In this document: positions 17,216-25,972 of the stretch, in pieces
Position numbering within the stretch: the stretch's first letter is position 1
Layout: every line of letters begins with the position of its first letter
Virus record (IMG/VR): IMGVR_UViG_3300017989_000061
Origin: an uncultured virus (IMG/VR IMGVR_UViG_3300017989_000061)
Taxonomy: Duplodnaviria > Heunggongvirae > Uroviricota > Caudoviricetes
Strand: one strand, 5' to 3'
DNA length: 27,432 bases
The notes under the pieces: generated by a model
Database searches by the model: none
What the model was told of the DNA's origin: nothing
Seen by the model: only the letters and a program-made list of their open reading frames with translations
Program-made: the position numbers and the translations under genes

Positions 17216-17608
17216 ATGTTTGACAGGGCAAAAGTACGTGAACTTCGTGACGCCATCCAGTCAGCTCTGGATGAACATCTGGACTTTGATGGTGTGAAAA
17301 TTGATGTTGGTCGTGCTTCATTCAATCACACAACAGCCACGTTCAAGCTGGAAGTTGGAACTGAAAACTCTGATGGTTCAGTGAACACGAAGGACGGCGA
17401 AACTTTCAAGCGAAATGCTGTTCTGTGGGGTCTGTCCCCTGATGATCTTGGAAAAGAGATCAGCAACGGCAATGACACGTTCGAGATCATTGGTGCGAAT
17501 ACTCGTGCCAAAAAGTATCCGATTCTGGTGAAGAGCGTGTCGAACGGCAAGGTTTACAAAATGAGTGCTCAGCAGGTTGTTCTTTACATGAAGATGGCTG
17601 CTGTTTGA
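17216..17608 (+). CDS. Phage hypothetical protein (..DLG..IIG.N.R..KYP..GK.YK)
   Basis: GGGAG RBS, ATG 17216. Confidence 0.8.
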   Translation: MFDRAKVRELRDAIQSALDEHLDFDGVKIDVGRASFNHTTATFKLEVGTENSDGSVNTKDGETFKRNAVLWGLSPDDLGKEISNGNDTFEIIGANTRAKKYPILVKSVSNGKVYKMSAQQVVLYMKMAAV

Positions 17609-17651
17609 CACCTGATATTTGTTCATCAACACAACTTTAGGGGAGAGAGTG

Positions 17652-18050
17652 ATGAACGTCGAACGATATATCAGCTACTACGGCGACGGTGCGGTTTTGG
17701 ATTGTGCAAGAAATGCCGTAGACTGTCGTGTGGACACGGAGCCGGATTGGGGTGACACCTGTCCCAATGATTACTCCGACACAGGAGAATATCCTGATCC
17801 GGCTCCGTCGTGTATTGTCCGTGTTGTCATGCCGAAGGCTGACTATCTCGATATCTGGTATTATTGCCATCGAGATAACATGGGTCCGAATCCTTTGTCT
17901 GATGCTTATGAGGCCGCACAGATTGTGGCGATCAAGGCAGTAGAGACTGAGGTGATTCAGTGTGACTCACCGTGGACACCTGAAGAGTGTGACAGACTTG
18001 ACGGTTGTTACCTGTGTGGTGGTGATCACAGAAACTTGGGGAGAGAGTAA
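17652..18050 (+). CDS. Hypothetical protein
   Basis: GGGGAGAG RBS. Confidence 0.75.
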   Translation: MNVERYISYYGDGAVLDCARNAVDCRVDTEPDWGDTCPNDYSDTGEYPDPAPSCIVRVVMPKADYLDIWYYCHRDNMGPNPLSDAYEAAQIVAIKAVETEVIQCDSPWTPEECDRLDGCYLCGGDHRNLGRE

Positions 18051-18379
18051 TGAAAATGTCACAAGTCCGGTACGAACAGTTGAAAAACGGGATTCGTACT
18101 ATTGCGGATCATCTGGGGCCGCAGAATTGTCGTGACTTCGCTGAGGATCGAAATGGCTGTCAACTCATGTGGGCATTGTACCACAAACTGACAAATCAGT
18201 TGCAGTACAACGACAATCATCCATGTTTTGCGAATGGAACGTGGGTTCGTTTGGTTCCTCACGACGAAAATTTCCAGTCATACGACGACAATGGAGTGAC
18301 GTTGCATGACACCCACATTGAGACTGCGTTGAAGCTAATTCGGAAAGAATTGAAACTTGATGCAGGGAGCTGGAAATGA
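18050..18379 (+). CDS. Hypothetical protein (109 aa)
   Basis: GGGGAGAG RBS, TAATG coupling. Confidence 0.75.
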   Translation: MKMSQVRYEQLKNGIRTIADHLGPQNCRDFAEDRNGCQLMWALYHKLTNQLQYNDNHPCFANGTWVRLVPHDENFQSYDDNGVTLHDTHIETALKLIRKELKLDAGSWK

Positions 18380-18690
18380 TTTTTCTAATCAAAGACGGCA
18401 TGCGTATGTGTCGTGATAACCGTTGGCGAAGTTTCGCTAATTGGGGAAGTACAAACACCTGCGTAAAAACTTATCGCCGTCTGGGAGTGGCGAAGAAAAG
18501 AGCCGACAGACTCAAGGCAAAGGTGGTGCAGATCACTGAGGATAATATCACAGTTGAAGCTGGTGGCAGAGTTTATGTCACTATCCCAGTGAGTGACACC
18601 TATCACCGAATTGAAGACAAGAACATTGAGGAATTCGTGGTACACGATGGTACTCTCCCCACCGTGTCAGCAATTGCTGGCACGGTTTGA
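18376..18690 (+). CDS. Hypothetical protein (104 aa)
   Basis: ATGA overlap, GGGAG. Confidence 0.7.
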   Translation: MIFLIKDGMRMCRDNRWRSFANWGSTNTCVKTYRRLGVAKKRADRLKAKVVQITEDNITVEAGGRVYVTIPVSDTYHRIEDKNIEEFVVHDGTLPTVSAIAGTV

Positions 18691-18706
18691 AACTCTCCCC
18701 GCCGCC
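18689..18706 (+). repeat. 18-bp repeat GAAACTCTCCCCGCCGCC, copy 1, opening a hairpin
   Basis: Identical to 23435-23452. Confidence 0.85.
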
Positions 18707-18756
18707 ACCCCTCTGCAATTCTGCATGGGTGGTTGGCTTAAAACAGGAAATGTCTG

Positions 18757-19098
18757 ATGAAAGAAATGATTAACGTCGTTTACGAAATGCACGAGCAATT
18801 CAATGACATTGCTTATTCACTTCGTGACACCGCTGAATCAGCCAGACATTTGGGACTGGATCGACTGGCTGCTCGCTGTGAAAAGCATGCAGAAATAATC
18901 GTTCAGTCAGCAAAGATAGTAAGTGATGCTTGTGGTGCTGCTGTCCGAGATGAACTCAAACGTGTTCAAGAATCTTCGGGCAATATGCTGTCGGCATTGC
19001 TGGTTGGTTGTGAAATTGGAGAAAGGAAAACAGATGAATCAACGGGACATGGCGATGTTGACAATGGGGATGATTGCTTTGGGGTCGATGACACCTGA
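18757..19098 (+). CDS. Hypothetical helical protein (113 aa)
   Basis: AGGA RBS. Confidence 0.7.
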   Translation: MKEMINVVYEMHEQFNDIAYSLRDTAESARHLGLDRLAARCEKHAEIIVQSAKIVSDACGAAVRDELKRVQESSGNMLSALLVGCEIGERKTDESTGHGDVDNGDDCFGVDDT

Positions 19099-19210
19099 TC
19101 AACCATCACGAAGAGGTTACTTCACTTCACCTGAAGAACGATCAATCAAACGAAAAAATCGTGCAGCCAAGAAACGGGCACGACAAAACAGGAAGAAGAA
19201 CCGACGATGA
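19034..19210 (+). CDS. Small protein with Arg/Lys-rich C-terminus
   Basis: AAGGA RBS; KRKNRAAKKRARQNRKKNRR; ATGA overlap with the next gene. Confidence 0.6.
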   Translation: MNQRDMAMLTMGMIALGSMTPDQPSRRGYFTSPEERSIKRKNRAAKKRARQNRKKNRR

Positions 19211-19494
19211 AAGTCGAACTGAAAAAAGCAGGCACAACTGGTGTTGAAGTTCGTGGTTACACAGACAATAAAAACACTCCTTATGATGTTGTTCTTTTGG
19301 CCAATTATGGTGACGGGTGGACTGTTGGAATGTCATCCTGTATGCCATCTAACTTCTCAGAAGCTTACGACCAACATCGTGTAGTTACTGCTGCTTTTGA
19401 ATTAGTCAGAGACTACGAAGCTGACACCGCTGATATTGGTGATGTTCGCTATCTTGGTGAAGATGACACCATGAAAGGTTTGGGAGAGAGATGA
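19207..19494 (+). CDS. Hypothetical protein (95 aa)
   Basis: Coupled ORF. Confidence 0.7.
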   Translation: MKVELKKAGTTGVEVRGYTDNKNTPYDVVLLANYGDGWTVGMSSCMPSNFSEAYDQHRVVTAAFELVRDYEADTADIGDVRYLGEDDTMKGLGER

Positions 19495-19847
19495 ACACCT
19501 ACGTCGTAGCAATATACGTCAATTCAGCGAATCGCTGGGTTGCGAAAGTCGATTGTGACGCACCTGAACAGGCCGTGCCGACTGCCATCAAGAACACTGA
19601 AGGTGTAAGGGCAAATTATCTCGGCATGTTGGAGGAAGGCCAGACTCTGGTTGACTTCTGCCAGAAAAACGAAATCAACAAGTTTGGCGATGAACAGCGT
19701 TACATCGTGAAGTTCCCAGTGTCTGGGCGTGTGCATGAATGTCGCCGGAATGATGACGGCGATTTGTGTGCTGTCCTTCACAGTGGATTGTGCTGGGCTG
19801 AAGATGACACCCGAATCGAAGTTAAGAAGATTGATGAACTGATATGA
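19491..19847 (+). CDS. Hypothetical protein (118 aa)
   Basis: GGGAGAG RBS. Confidence 0.75.
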   Translation: MNTYVVAIYVNSANRWVAKVDCDAPEQAVPTAIKNTEGVRANYLGMLEEGQTLVDFCQKNEINKFGDEQRYIVKFPVSGRVHECRRNDDGDLCAVLHSGLCWAEDDTRIEVKKIDELI

Positions 19848-20041
19848 GCATTGTTCGTAAGAATCTTCTGACACGACCGGGATACTCCCCTTACTGTGGG
19901 AGTGATGGTTGTCGTAAAGGTCATCCACGAACAGAGTGGGATGGGAATCAGTTTCGTTGCCGCTGTGGATGGCGTTCTTCATTTGACGCTGAATTTATTG
20001 AATGCTACCGGAAGGTTCGTAAGGAACACGACACCCGGTAA
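19844..20041 (+). CDS. Small putative Zn-binding protein (YSPYCG..C..PRT..QFRCRCGW)
   Basis: ATGA overlap; four Cys. Confidence 0.7.
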   Translation: MSIVRKNLLTRPGYSPYCGSDGCRKGHPRTEWDGNQFRCRCGWRSSFDAEFIECYRKVRKEHDTR

Positions 20042-20079
20042 CGAGTTGTTCAAACAACCTGTTCACTTGGGAGAGTGTT

Positions 20080-20643
20080 ATGATGACTATCGCAGTCAAT
20101 GAGTTTACCGTTACACGACAGAAACGCTGGGGTGAAGAACACCCGACTGTCGAAATCACTCAGGGTGGCATTGATTACACCGGCCCTGATGCTCTGGTCA
20201 AAAAATATGTTGGTGAATTTGAGACATTCACCAACATGACCGAAGCAGTTGAAACAGCAATTTCCATTGCCAAGGCATGGCAGGCTGATTCTGACGAGGA
20301 AATCCACATTGGTTGTGGGTTTACACATGGCACAAGTATGCCATTGGACTGTGAACCAGCCAATGAGGACACCTACAACACTCTTATCGCTGGGGCTAAG
20401 GAGTTCGACGAGAACTTACCCAAGTGTGCTCAGTGTGGAGATTTTCTCGGCAAGAACAAATACGGCAACGCTGATACCGGCGAGTATGATTGTTGCTCAG
20501 AGTATTGTGCCGAACAACATCACTTCACACCATCAGTTGAAATCTGTCTGAATTGTCATGAGGCATTTGAGGACACCGACGAAGACTGGCATCGAGAGTG
20601 TTACTGTTCTGAATTATGTCAGAATGAGTCTGATGAAAGTTAA
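20080..20643 (+). CDS. Hypothetical protein with two C-terminal CxxC..CSxxC metal-binding repeats
   Basis: CAQC..CCSEYC and CLNC..YCSELC; GGGAGAG RBS. Confidence 0.8.
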   Translation: MMTIAVNEFTVTRQKRWGEEHPTVEITQGGIDYTGPDALVKKYVGEFETFTNMTEAVETAISIAKAWQADSDEEIHIGCGFTHGTSMPLDCEPANEDTYNTLIAGAKEFDENLPKCAQCGDFLGKNKYGNADTGEYDCCSEYCAEQHHFTPSVEICLNCHEAFEDTDEDWHRECYCSELCQNESDES

Positions 20644-20845
20644 CCAATTTTTGATGCAATTTGAGTTCTGCTCGATGGCCGAAAGTCGTCGAGCAGTTTC
20701 TCATAAAGCTGTCAAAGTGAATGGAACTCCATTGTCTGCCGATCAGTTGTTAGAGGACGCCACATCAGTATTCAAGGTTGGCGACACCCTGACAATAGGC
20801 AAGAGAGTGACAACAACAATCACCAAAGAACACTTGGGAGAGTGA
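20633..20845 (+). CDS. Standalone S4-like RNA-binding domain protein
   Basis: SMAESRRAVSHKAVKVNG...VGDTLTIGKR resembles the S4 consensus (S.SEARRLI..GAV.VNG..GD.L.VGKR). Confidence 0.65.
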   Translation: MKVNQFLMQFEFCSMAESRRAVSHKAVKVNGTPLSADQLLEDATSVFKVGDTLTIGKRVTTTITKEHLGE

Positions 20846-20847
20846 AG

Positions 20848-21207
20848 ATGGCTAACCTTACATTCAAGGTCCACATGCTGGCTTTTGAGGATGTGGAAAA
20901 GATTCGTCCGGTTGATATCCCGGAAAGTGAAGTCTACGCCTGTACTACGGACGGCAAGAAAGACGTGTTTGCCCTGCTGGAACGCATTTTCCACTACGGG
21001 CAGAACATGTTTCAGTCAAAGCCGTTTTGCTCTGTCAGTATGGGTGACGTTGCTCATGTTGAGGGCAAATACTACCTGTGCATGGCCAATGGATGGGAAG
21101 AAATCTCCGAAGATGCTCTGGAGAAATACCGCAAGGTAGATCGTGATAACAGATCAATGCTTTGCTATGGAATTGATGAGTTCAAGAGCAAAATCGCAGA
21201 AACCTGA
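20848..21207 (+). CDS. YodL-like domain protein
   Basis: LERIF..Q...SVSMGDV..EGKYYLC..GW resembles the YodL SLSVxDVV..YY..GF motif. Confidence 0.65.
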   Translation: MANLTFKVHMLAFEDVEKIRPVDIPESEVYACTTDGKKDVFALLERIFHYGQNMFQSKPFCSVSMGDVAHVEGKYYLCMANGWEEISEDALEKYRKVDRDNRSMLCYGIDEFKSKIAET

Positions 21208-21239
21208 CAGAAATTTTGCTGAATTTTTCCTGAACCTGC

Positions 21240-21268
21240 TTTACAGCTAACTCCTTACTCCGTAGGAT
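21240..21268 (+). promoter_or_regulatory. Putative sigma70-type promoter
   Basis: TTTACA-17 bp-TAGGAT in an intergenic gap. Confidence 0.45.
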
Positions 21269-21361
21269 AAGGATGTGACAACACTCCCAACGGTCAGGGA
21301 GTTAGCTGACACCCATCAAGCAGACAGTGACAAATACAAAAGTTGTTTCGGGAGAGACAAA

Positions 21362-22063
21362 ATGAACGACATGCTTGAATTCATCGGCGAAGGTTATGGA
21401 CAGGCCGCACTTTGTGCCTTTCGCAAGCAGCGAATGGAAAAATATGTTTCCACGATTATTGAGCGTGTGGGCATTCCCACTATCGTGGTCACCATGATTA
21501 ACGACGATCCTGATTTGTACGGTGATCGTCGGTATTACAAGACTTGTGACGTTGCCGCCATGGCAAAGGAATTTGTCTTCAATCTTGATGAGGATTGCCT
21601 GAAGTATCTTCTGATCGATACCCGCATTCCAAATGAAAATGGTTTGGAGCTGTTTCAAACTCTGTTTGAGTACAACTGTGGTGTTGCCATCGTTCAACGA
21701 GTGGACACCCCGGAAACCCACGAAGCAAGGCAACAGGCTGAGAAACGACAGAAGCTGGAAGGCATTGCCAAAGAAGTGGCTGCTCGACACGGTGTAACTG
21801 TTGACAGTCTGGAGTTCATTGCCGCTGTGGAATCAGACATTGAGAACATTCGTCAGGATGCTGAGGATCGACAGTACGGAATGCGGGAAGATGGTCTTTG
21901 CATTGGATGGGGTGCGACACCCGAACAATGGCAAGACGAATACAACGCTGTTGCAACTCACGCTAGTTCTCAGACGGGAACACTGAGTGACGTGTTGGAA
22001 CGGCTGGCAACCGAATGCCCGCTGCTGTGGGCCAAATATCAGGAGAGTAAGTGTGACACCTGA
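21362..22063 (+). CDS. Hypothetical protein
   Basis: GGGAGAG RBS before ATG 21362; ORF track start is 21275. Confidence 0.8.
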   Translation: MNDMLEFIGEGYGQAALCAFRKQRMEKYVSTIIERVGIPTIVVTMINDDPDLYGDRRYYKTCDVAAMAKEFVFNLDEDCLKYLLIDTRIPNENGLELFQTLFEYNCGVAIVQRVDTPETHEARQQAEKRQKLEGIAKEVAARHGVTVDSLEFIAAVESDIENIRQDAEDRQYGMREDGLCIGWGATPEQWQDEYNAVATHASSQTGTLSDVLERLATECPLLWAKYQESKCDT

Positions 22064-22322
22064 GTACAACGAAGTCATCGACCGATCAGTGAGTAATTTG
22101 ATCGCTGATTGGCACAACAAAAACTATGTTGCTGTGATTCAGAATCTGTCCCGCCGACATCCGGCAGTCACAGCGACATTCATTGTTCAAGGGACGCTGG
22201 ATGGTCACCTGACACGAGGAGACTGCAATACTATCACGAATATGCTGGATGAGGATCATCGTGAAATTCGTGACAATCAAGGAATCGAGGCTACCCATCG
22301 GCCTTGGACTCTTACTTCCTGA
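22053..22322 (+). CDS. Hypothetical protein
   Basis: AGGAGAG RBS, GTG start. Confidence 0.65.
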   Translation: MTPEYNEVIDRSVSNLIADWHNKNYVAVIQNLSRRHPAVTATFIVQGTLDGHLTRGDCNTITNMLDEDHREIRDNQGIEATHRPWTLTS

Positions 22323-22407
22323 TCGCTGGGAGTAAAAGTGGACACCCTATGATGGGACAGTGGCGAACAATCGCCAAAACAAAAGTTTTCTTTTTGGGAG
22401 AGTGACT

Positions 22408-23433
22408 ATGTCACATGAGATTGAAGCAGTAAGACTGTCCGATGGTCGATTGGCTCACGAAGCACTCTATGCGAATTCACCCGCATGGCATGGCCTTGGT
22501 GAAGTCTGGCGACCGGGTGAAGGTCTGGCACCCTGTTCACAGGAAATTGAGGAAATTCTTCCTTCAATTTTCTTCAAGGTGGAAAAACGTCCTGTCTGTG
22601 ACACTGACGGCAACGCCGATGACGGTTGGTATCGTCTGGTCAGAACAGACACCGGCAAACTCCTCCACGTAGTGGGTGACAAGTACGAACCACTCCAGAA
22701 CCGTGAAGGATTCGAGTTTCTCGATTCCCTGCACATGGACGGCGTGATTCGATACGAATCAGTCTTCGTCCTGAATGGCGGAAAGAGCGTTGTTCTGCTC
22801 GCTCGTATGCCGTCCTATGACGAAGTTGTTCCCGGCGATGTGAGTTTTCGCTATGTCATGGCGAAACTTCAGCATGGTGGCGGATCAACAATTCTGACAC
22901 CTACAAGCGTTCGTGCCGTTTGTGCTAACACGGTTCGTGCAGCACTGGAAGGCAACACGAATCAGATTGCCATTCGGCACTCTGGTGACATGAAACTCAA
23001 GCTGGATGCGGCGAAAGACGCCATCAGTCAGTTTGATCGACAGTTCACCCTGTTTCGTGAAAACGCACAGAAACTGTTGGTGGGATACGACAAAGAACGT
23101 GCAGCGGATTACATGGAAGAACTGTATCCGACACCTGTTGAGGAAACGTACTCAACGGAACGAGGATACAACCGAGCAAAGAATGCTCACGACCGAAAGG
23201 TTGGCGAACTTCGCTATATGTTCAAACAGCCCGGACAGCAGATGAAGGGAGTCAAGGGCACTTGGTGGGCACTGTTTAACAGTGTGACTGAGGCTATTGA
23301 CCATGGCAAACGTCGGACTGTTCGTGGTGACAAACGAGCAACGAACGAGAACCGATACAAGTCGGTTATCGAGAATGACGGGGCTGCCTTTAAGGAACGA
23401 GCATTCCAGCTCGCTCTGGAAATGGTGGCATAA
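22408..23433 (+). CDS. DUF932 family phage/plasmid-like protein
   Basis: AWHGLG, VR.DT..VG..Y.PLQN, L.GG, PTSVRAVCANT, IRHSG and GT.WA..N.VTE..DH motifs. Confidence 0.88.
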   Translation: MSHEIEAVRLSDGRLAHEALYANSPAWHGLGEVWRPGEGLAPCSQEIEEILPSIFFKVEKRPVCDTDGNADDGWYRLVRTDTGKLLHVVGDKYEPLQNREGFEFLDSLHMDGVIRYESVFVLNGGKSVVLLARMPSYDEVVPGDVSFRYVMAKLQHGGGSTILTPTSVRAVCANTVRAALEGNTNQIAIRHSGDMKLKLDAAKDAISQFDRQFTLFRENAQKLLVGYDKERAADYMEELYPTPVEETYSTERGYNRAKNAHDRKVGELRYMFKQPGQQMKGVKGTWWALFNSVTEAIDHGKRRTVRGDKRATNENRYKSVIENDGAAFKERAFQLALEMVA

Positions 23434-23434
23434 C

Positions 23435-23500
23435 GAAACTCTCCCCGCCGCCTGCCCTGTTGGACACCCGTCTAACAGGGCAGGACGGTTGAGAGCTTTC
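23435..23500 (+). promoter_or_regulatory. Long hairpin with 18-bp repeat copy 2 and a GACACCC apex; potential anti-RBS switch
   Basis: CCTGCCCTGTTGGAC-ACCC-GTCTAACAGGGCAGG; TCTCCCCG is complementary to downstream CGGGGAGA. Confidence 0.6.
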
Positions 23501-23518
23501 AAACAACGGGGAGAAACA

Positions 23519-23710
23519 ATGGACCACGTAAACATTACTGATTCCGGTCGCAATTGGCGACTGGGCACGAGAAAAATCATCAATCTCAAGACGATGGAAT
23601 CTCGCACAATTGATTGCACACCAGTGCGTGAAGCAACGTACATGCATGAACGAGAATTTGTGCGGAAATGTGCTGAGGCATTCGAGACAGGCAAGTGGCC
23701 TGAAAAGTAG
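23519..23710 (+). CDS. Small hypothetical protein
   Basis: GGGGAG RBS. Confidence 0.65.
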   Translation: MDHVNITDSGRNWRLGTRKIINLKTMESRTIDCTPVREATYMHEREFVRKCAEAFETGKWPEK

Positions 23711-23766
23711 ACACCCAGTAACGGGGTGTAACATCAACAAAACTTCTCTGGGGAGAGAACAATGAA
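23708..23766 (+). repeat. Gene-leader module, copy A
   Basis: TAGACACCCA..AACATCAA..AACTTCTCTGGGGAGAGAACAATGAA shared with 25597-25650. Confidence 0.85.
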
Positions 23767-24334
23767 AACGATTACTCGTTTTGAACTTGTCCGGGATTTG
23801 CTGGCACGAAATTCTTCTGCCTTCCCGGCAACAATCGTTGCTCTGACAAAAGAGCATAACCTGCGTGCAAAAATGGACGGCGTTCCTAATCCGTTCTGGC
23901 AGGCACACAAAGACGGTCGGCTCAAGAAACGGTCGGAAGTCAATGGTTTCCTCAACTGGATTTACGCCAACAGCGTCAACAACCAGCGAATGAGGGAAGA
24001 ACAGCCGTTGACGCCAGACGGTCACATTGAGCACTTCGAGCCACTCCCACGAGCGTGGGGGCATCGTGTAAAGGGGACACCCTTTGTACGTCATACCAAC
24101 AAAGGTGGTGACAAACTGATCTATCTTGAACTCAAGGTAGAACGGTCATTGGAGTGGCGATACGAAATCGACGGGGAACCAGTCGATAAGGCAGAAGTTC
24201 TGCCGTTCGTCGCCAAGAAAAAAGAATCGTCTCGACAGAAAACAGAAAAGGCAATTTATTGTCGTGACTATCTGTTGAGTAATGTTCTGGAAATCAGGTA
24301 CGGCGGGGAAATCTACTCCCTCGCTACTGCGTGA
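23762..24334 (+). CDS. Phage hypothetical protein (190 aa)
   Basis: GGGGAGAG RBS, long ORF. Confidence 0.85.
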   Translation: MKTITRFELVRDLLARNSSAFPATIVALTKEHNLRAKMDGVPNPFWQAHKDGRLKKRSEVNGFLNWIYANSVNNQRMREEQPLTPDGHIEHFEPLPRAWGHRVKGTPFVRHTNKGGDKLIYLELKVERSLEWRYEIDGEPVDKAEVLPFVAKKKESSRQKTEKAIYCRDYLLSNVLEIRYGGEIYSLATA

Positions 24335-24340
24335 CATTTA

Positions 24341-24499
24341 GCCGACCCGGTTAAAGGATGGCACTATAGTTGAGCGAAGGCTTATTTGGCCTTTATCCGG
24401 GTTGGTGTTATTGGACACCCTGTAACGTACTGCACGAGACGGGGCAGTCCAGTAGCCAGTAACGGTGCCCACGGGGTAGGCTGTCGCCGTCTCATTTTT
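24341..24499 (+). other. Two long intergenic stem-loops flanking a GACACCC site
   Basis: GCCGACCCGG.TAAAGG/CCTTTA.CCGGGTTGGT; GAGACGG/CCGTCTC followed by ATTTTT. Confidence 0.55.
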
Positions 24500-24518
24500 G
24501 ACACCTTGGGAGAGATCA

Positions 24519-24833
24519 ATGTCAAACGTCAAACGTGTCGAAATCAAAGGCAAAGCACCCTACAACCTGCACGAAAATGAAACACTCCAGCCAATGCTTG
24601 CGTTCATGGCAGGGCCAATGAGTGGACTAAAAATTGAGTGGAAAGGATTCGCCGATTCTGTTCCTGCTCCTCCTCCAAACAGCAATGGTTGTATTGTCTG
24701 CTACAACTTTGAACTGACTGGCGAAGAAGCCGTTAGTTACAAATGGCTCGACCTGTTTGTTGACACCCTGAATGGAATGACTGGCGGGGAAGTCACTACC
24801 AACAAAGTGAGGGACATTGAGAACGATGGATAA
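24519..24833 (+). CDS. Hypothetical protein
   Basis: GGGAGAG RBS. Confidence 0.75.
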   Translation: MSNVKRVEIKGKAPYNLHENETLQPMLAFMAGPMSGLKIEWKGFADSVPAPPPNSNGCIVCYNFELTGEEAVSYKWLDLFVDTLNGMTGGEVTTNKVRDIENDG

Positions 24834-25170
24834 CGCTGAACGAATCGCAAACGCTCGGAAACGTCTGGAACGACTGTGTGATCTGGGAACCACGATCTAC
24901 ACAATGCGAATTGACTACGGACGACGACACCCGGAAAAGAAATATTTCGCTGTCATGGTCATGGATGGAAACACCCTGACCAACATCAGCGGACACGTCG
25001 CCCGACTGCTCGGTCGCAAATGGTCAAACGACAATGGGTCTAGTTGGGCAAACTCCAGTGGAGTTCTGCACCGTAATGCCCGAGATTTGGTGGAACAGTT
25101 GGCAAATGAATTGCACAACGCCTACACCGTGAAAGAAATCGACAGAGCGTTTTATCATGTCGAAGTCTGA
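24826..25170 (+). CDS. Hypothetical protein
   Basis: Overlapping ORF. Confidence 0.7.
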   Translation: MDNAERIANARKRLERLCDLGTTIYTMRIDYGRRHPEKKYFAVMVMDGNTLTNISGHVARLLGRKWSNDNGSSWANSSGVLHRNARDLVEQLANELHNAYTVKEIDRAFYHVEV

Positions 25171-25420
25171 CACCCGGAAAGAAGCCAATCAGCGTCGGAA
25201 AGTCACAAAAGCATTTTCCGACCTGATTCAGGCTGAAATTGATTCGATTATTCCTGAAGAATCCATGTCAACGTGGCTGGATAATATCGGGATCATAAAA
25301 GGATCAGAAACAGACGACAAAGGAAACTTTGTCCTGTTTGTCGAAAAAGAAAATGGCCGAATGTTTCGGCTGGTTATGACACCCATCAAATGGGAAAAAA
25401 CTCTGGGGAGAAAACAATGA
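25157..25420 (+). CDS. Hypothetical protein (87 aa)
   Basis: Overlapping ORF. Confidence 0.65.
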   Translation: MSKSDTRKEANQRRKVTKAFSDLIQAEIDSIIPEESMSTWLDNIGIIKGSETDDKGNFVLFVEKENGRMFRLVMTPIKWEKTLGRKQ

Positions 25421-25599
25421 GTTACTGTTCATCGCTGAAAACATGGCAGGTTGAGAACGTCCTCGAAAAAGAGGCTACTGCTGATCTCGGTGCTAACGGG
25501 AAAGACCTGAGCCTGTACTATGAGGCACGGGAAGAACTCGCCAAACGTGGTGTTGATGCTGATACTGTCCTACGGGAACGTGGTATCGCCAAACCTTAG
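25417..25599 (+). CDS. Small hypothetical protein
   Basis: GGGGAG RBS, ATGA overlap. Confidence 0.7.
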   Translation: MSYCSSLKTWQVENVLEKEATADLGANGKDLSLYYEAREELAKRGVDADTVLRERGIAKP

Positions 25600-25650
25600 A
25601 CACCCACTAACAAAACATCAAAACAACTTCTCTGGGGAGAGAACAATGAA
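25597..25650 (+). repeat. Gene-leader module, copy B
   Basis: 26 bp identical to 23741-23766 plus shared upstream blocks. Confidence 0.85.
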
Positions 25651-25972
25651 GTTCAGTAATCCACGTACTGAGGCAACAATCGAAGATTGGCCTCATGGTC
25701 GCAAACGTGTTACGGCGAAATTCTTCGTCGAAACCAACAAACGTGGCTCTCGTGTCGGTCGCACTACAACCGGCAAACCAAAGTTTACTACCTACCATCA
25801 GAATATGATTCTGGTGGACGGTGATGACGGCAGAATCTACGCTGTCGGTCTGACTGAGTACAATCAGGTGGTTGTCTGGGAAGGAACTCTCAAGACAACC
25901 GAGTATTTCTATGAGAATAGCGAAGAATACGCTGCACTCCTCCCATTGCTGACACCCAAGGAGTCATCATGA
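25646..25972 (+). CDS. Hypothetical protein
   Basis: GGGGAGAG RBS. Confidence 0.8.
   Translation: MKFSNPRTEATIEDWPHGRKRVTAKFFVETNKRGSRVGRTTTGKPKFTTYHQNMILVDGDDGRIYAVGLTEYNQVVVWEGTLKTTEYFYENSEEYAALLPLLTPKESS

Noticed and set aside
16179..17610. TTGACACC copies as sigma70 -35 boxes
   Set aside because: Most motif copies lack the TT prefix, and there are no matching -10 boxes at 16-18 bp.
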